NCBI GenBank assembly: GCA_002763225.1 | Contig: PFAI01000015.1 | Span: 886 to 29,756, forward strand | Direction: 5' to 3' | Origin: Candidatus Diapherotrites archaeon CG10_big_fil_rev_8_21_14_0_10_31_34 | GTDB taxonomy: Archaea > Iainarchaeota > Iainarchaeia > Iainarchaeales > 1-14-0-10-31-34 | Length of the DNA stretch: 28,871 nt | Shown: piece by piece, positions 26,646 through 28,871 of the stretch | Position numbering within the stretch: the first letter of the stretch is position 1 | How the letters are laid out: every line of letters starts with the position of its first letter | Position numbers and translations under genes: made by a program | The notes under the pieces: generated by a model | Database searches by the model: none | Seen by the model: only the letters and a program-made list of their open reading frames with translations | Told to the model about the DNA's origin: nothing

Positions 26646-27008
26646 ATGGTTGTAGAAAAAATGATTACAATTGAATTAGAAGACGGAGAAGAGGTTTTGA
26701 GTGCCTTAAAAAATGCGCTTGCCGAAAATAAAGTTCAAAAAGCCACTATGCGAAGTGTTGAAGGAAGAATAAAAGATTTTGATTTGAATGTTTTTGGCGG
26801 GGGAGCCTTTAGGAAAAAACACTTTGATGAAGATTTTAAAGTAACTTCAATTCATGGAACTTTTTTGGAAAAAGGAAATATGGGTTATAAAGGGGAATTA
26901 ACTGTTTCTCTTGCAGGAAGAAACAGCAATTCTGCCGGAGGCACACTAGTTAATGCAAAAACTTTTGGAAACCTTATTATCAGAGCAAATATTGATGAAT
27001 TTAAGTGA
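26646..27008 (+). CDS. PPC/DUF296 domain protein
   Basis: LEDGEEVLSAL...S.EG...VTSIHGT...GGTL pattern; GGAG RBS. Confidence 0.7.
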   Translation: MVVEKMITIELEDGEEVLSALKNALAENKVQKATMRSVEGRIKDFDLNVFGGGAFRKKHFDEDFKVTSIHGTFLEKGNMGYKGELTVSLAGRNSNSAGGTLVNAKTFGNLIIRANIDEFK

Positions 27009-27012
27009 TTAA

Positions 27013-27213
27013 ATGAATAAAGTTCAGCTTTCAGGAATTGCTTTGTTTTCTTCAGGTTTGCTTTTGGTTTTGGGTTACTTTATTTACAAATTTTTTTTGG
27101 AAGCAACAGAGGTTCCTGAAACAATTAAACTTGCTTTGCTGTTAATTTTTTTAGGGTTAATAGTTAGTTTAGCATCACTTTCATTTAAAAGAATAAAGGA
27201 GTTGAAAAAATGA
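27013..27213 (+). CDS. Small two-TM membrane protein
   Basis: Two hydrophobic helices; ATGA overlap with the YbjQ-family gene. Confidence 0.7.
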   Translation: MNKVQLSGIALFSSGLLLVLGYFIYKFFLEATEVPETIKLALLLIFLGLIVSLASLSFKRIKELKK

Positions 27214-27524
27214 TAATCACATCAACAGATTTTGTAACAGGAAAAACAGTCAGCCAAACCATGGGGTTGGTTAAAGGAAATACGATCAGGGCAAAATGGT
27301 TTGGAAAAGACATAATGTCTGGGTTAAGACAGATAGTCGGAGGAGAACTAAAAGAATACACTGAAATGCTTACAGAAGCAAGAGAAGAAGCGCTTGCAAG
27401 AATGGCGCAGGAAGCAGAAAAATTAGGCGCAGACGCAGTGATAAATGTAAGATTTACTACTGCCCAAGTAATGGCTTCAGCAGCAGAAATTTTAGCATAT
27501 GGGACTGCAGTAAAACTAAAATAA
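27210..27524 (+). CDS. YbjQ/UPF0145 family protein
   Basis: GLVKGNT, GGELKEYTEML..AREEAL.RM, GADAVINVRF, AYGTAV. Confidence 0.93.
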   Translation: MIITSTDFVTGKTVSQTMGLVKGNTIRAKWFGKDIMSGLRQIVGGELKEYTEMLTEAREEALARMAQEAEKLGADAVINVRFTTAQVMASAAEILAYGTAVKLK

Positions 27525-27564
27525 AACAAGAAGTATACATAACTCTGGGTTGTGCGGTGCTGAA

Positions 27565-27930
27565 ATGAAATACGCTTTTTCTGAAACTTTTACTTTTAAA
27601 GCAAGAGAATTACTAAAAAAACTGAATTATTCCCATATTCCTGCTGAAAGAGTTTCTTGCATTATTTCTAAAGGAACTAAAACAAGAAGAACCATTGCAA
27701 GAATTCATGCTTTAGGAAAAGCAATGCAATTAGGCATGCAGGAAAAACCTTTTTATGTGATTGAATTAATGGAGCCTTTTTTCAGGGAATCAGAGGAAGA
27801 CCAAACAAAAACTTTAATTCATGAGTTAATGCATGTTCCCCACAACTTTGGCGGAGGCTTTAGACACCATAAACCTTTTGTAACAAAAAACAAGGTTGAA
27901 CAAGAATTTGAAAGATTAAAGAGACTTTAA
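27565..27930 (+). CDS. Putative zincin-like metallopeptidase
   Basis: ATG at 27565; LIHELMHVP (HExxH) followed by GGGFRHH. Confidence 0.8.
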   Translation: MKYAFSETFTFKARELLKKLNYSHIPAERVSCIISKGTKTRRTIARIHALGKAMQLGMQEKPFYVIELMEPFFRESEEDQTKTLIHELMHVPHNFGGGFRHHKPFVTKNKVEQEFERLKRL

Positions 27931-27955
27931 AATAATTTCCTACTCTTTTTTTTGC

Positions 27956-28871
27956 ATGAAACCAATTAGATTTGCAGTTTGTTTGTTTAAAGAAACTTTT
28001 GATAAAATAAAACAAAAATTAAAAGACTATTTTTTAGGGTTAAACATTTTTTTAACTGTTGAAAACTGGAAAGAATATTATTTTGACTGCAAAAACAAAT
28101 CAAAAGAAAAATTTATTACTTATAATTTAAAAAGCGGATTAAAAATAATTACCAGAACAAAAACAAAAGACAGGGATATTTTTGCAGAAATCTTTTTCGG
28201 AAACGAATATTTTACAAAAGATTTGGTTTTGAGTGAAAAAGCAGTTGTATTTGATGTTGGTGCGCACATTGGAATTTTTTCTGTTTTTATTTCTCAGAAA
28301 GCCGAAAAAGTTTTTTCTTTTGAACCAGTTTTAGAAAATTTTAACCTGCTTAAACAAAACATTGAATTAAATAAACTAGAAAACAAGGTTTTTCCGTTTA
28401 ATTCCGCGGTTTCAAACAAAAAAGAAAAAAAAGTTTTTTTATCCATAATACTAACACAGGCGCCAATTCTTTTTTTCAGGGGCAGGGAAAAGGCATGTTG
28501 AAATCAATTGAAGTGCAAACCACTGTTTTAAAAGAGATTTTTGAATCAAACAAGATCGAAAAATGTGATTTAATGAAAATTGATATCGAAGGAGGGGAAT
28601 ATCCTTTATTGTACGATCTTGAAGAAAGCATTTTCAGCAAAATTAAGTTAATCGCAATGGAATGTCATAAACTAGATGAAAAACAAAACAACCCGAAAAA
28701 ACTAATTGACTTCTTGCAAAAAAAAGGGTTTGAAATCAAAAAAAAGAGAAAAAGTTTTGGAATGCTTTTGATTTTAGCTGAAAACACAAACAGGCTCTGT
28801 AGAATTCCTGTGCGGAAGCACAGGAACAATGCTTTTATTTTGAGTAAGCCTTTGACTGTTATGATTTCCAA
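27956..28871 (+). pseudogene. FkbM-family SAM methyltransferase with a -1 frameshift at about 28425-28440; second frame open to the window end
   Basis: First frame has VFDVGAHIG and FEPV..NF..L..N. The -1 frame from 28441 continues IHNTNTGANS...CDLMKIDIEGGEY...IAMECH. Confidence 0.85.
28805..28826. other. Perfect 9-bp hairpin with GGAA loop
   Basis: TTCCTGTGC-GGAA-GCACAGGAA. Confidence 0.6.

Noticed and set aside
542..27529. Numerous short ORFs antisense to or nested in clear genes
   Set aside because: Shadow frames with no recognisable motifs, expected from strand-biased codon usage.
28665..28871. 68-aa minus-strand ORF at the window end
   Set aside because: It overlaps the FkbM C-terminal frame and has no recognisable motif; it cannot be supported without the adjacent sequence.

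Overview
AT-rich archaeal chromosome segment, most likely from a DPANN archaeon. The lineage call is inferred from aTrm56, TFE, class I LysRS, an A1:U72 initiator tRNA, class III signal peptides and a multidomain RSH, a combination that resembles Diapherotrites/Iainarchaeota. Gene order: end of a type IV (Tad-like) pilus operon with a major pilin; tpiA; a long RelA/SpoT homolog with a dead hydrolase domain; a KaiC-like ATPase; lysS; purine genes (guaA, purE, purC, purF, purB, purA) with an M14-like orphan among them; tRNA-Phe carrying a 44-nt BHB intron in the D-loop; a free-standing LAGLIDADG gene; two duplicated tRNA-Lys genes with covarying 3' trailer hairpins; serS, aTrm56, tfe and tRNA-iMet. 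Next comes a repeat-rich locus with a wHTH protein bearing an N-terminal amphipathic helix, a Cas2/ferredoxin-like orphan, a PRC-barrel protein and an Xer-type recombinase. The window ends with small conserved genes and a frameshifted FkbM methyltransferase. All calls come from reading motifs by eye; no searches were run.
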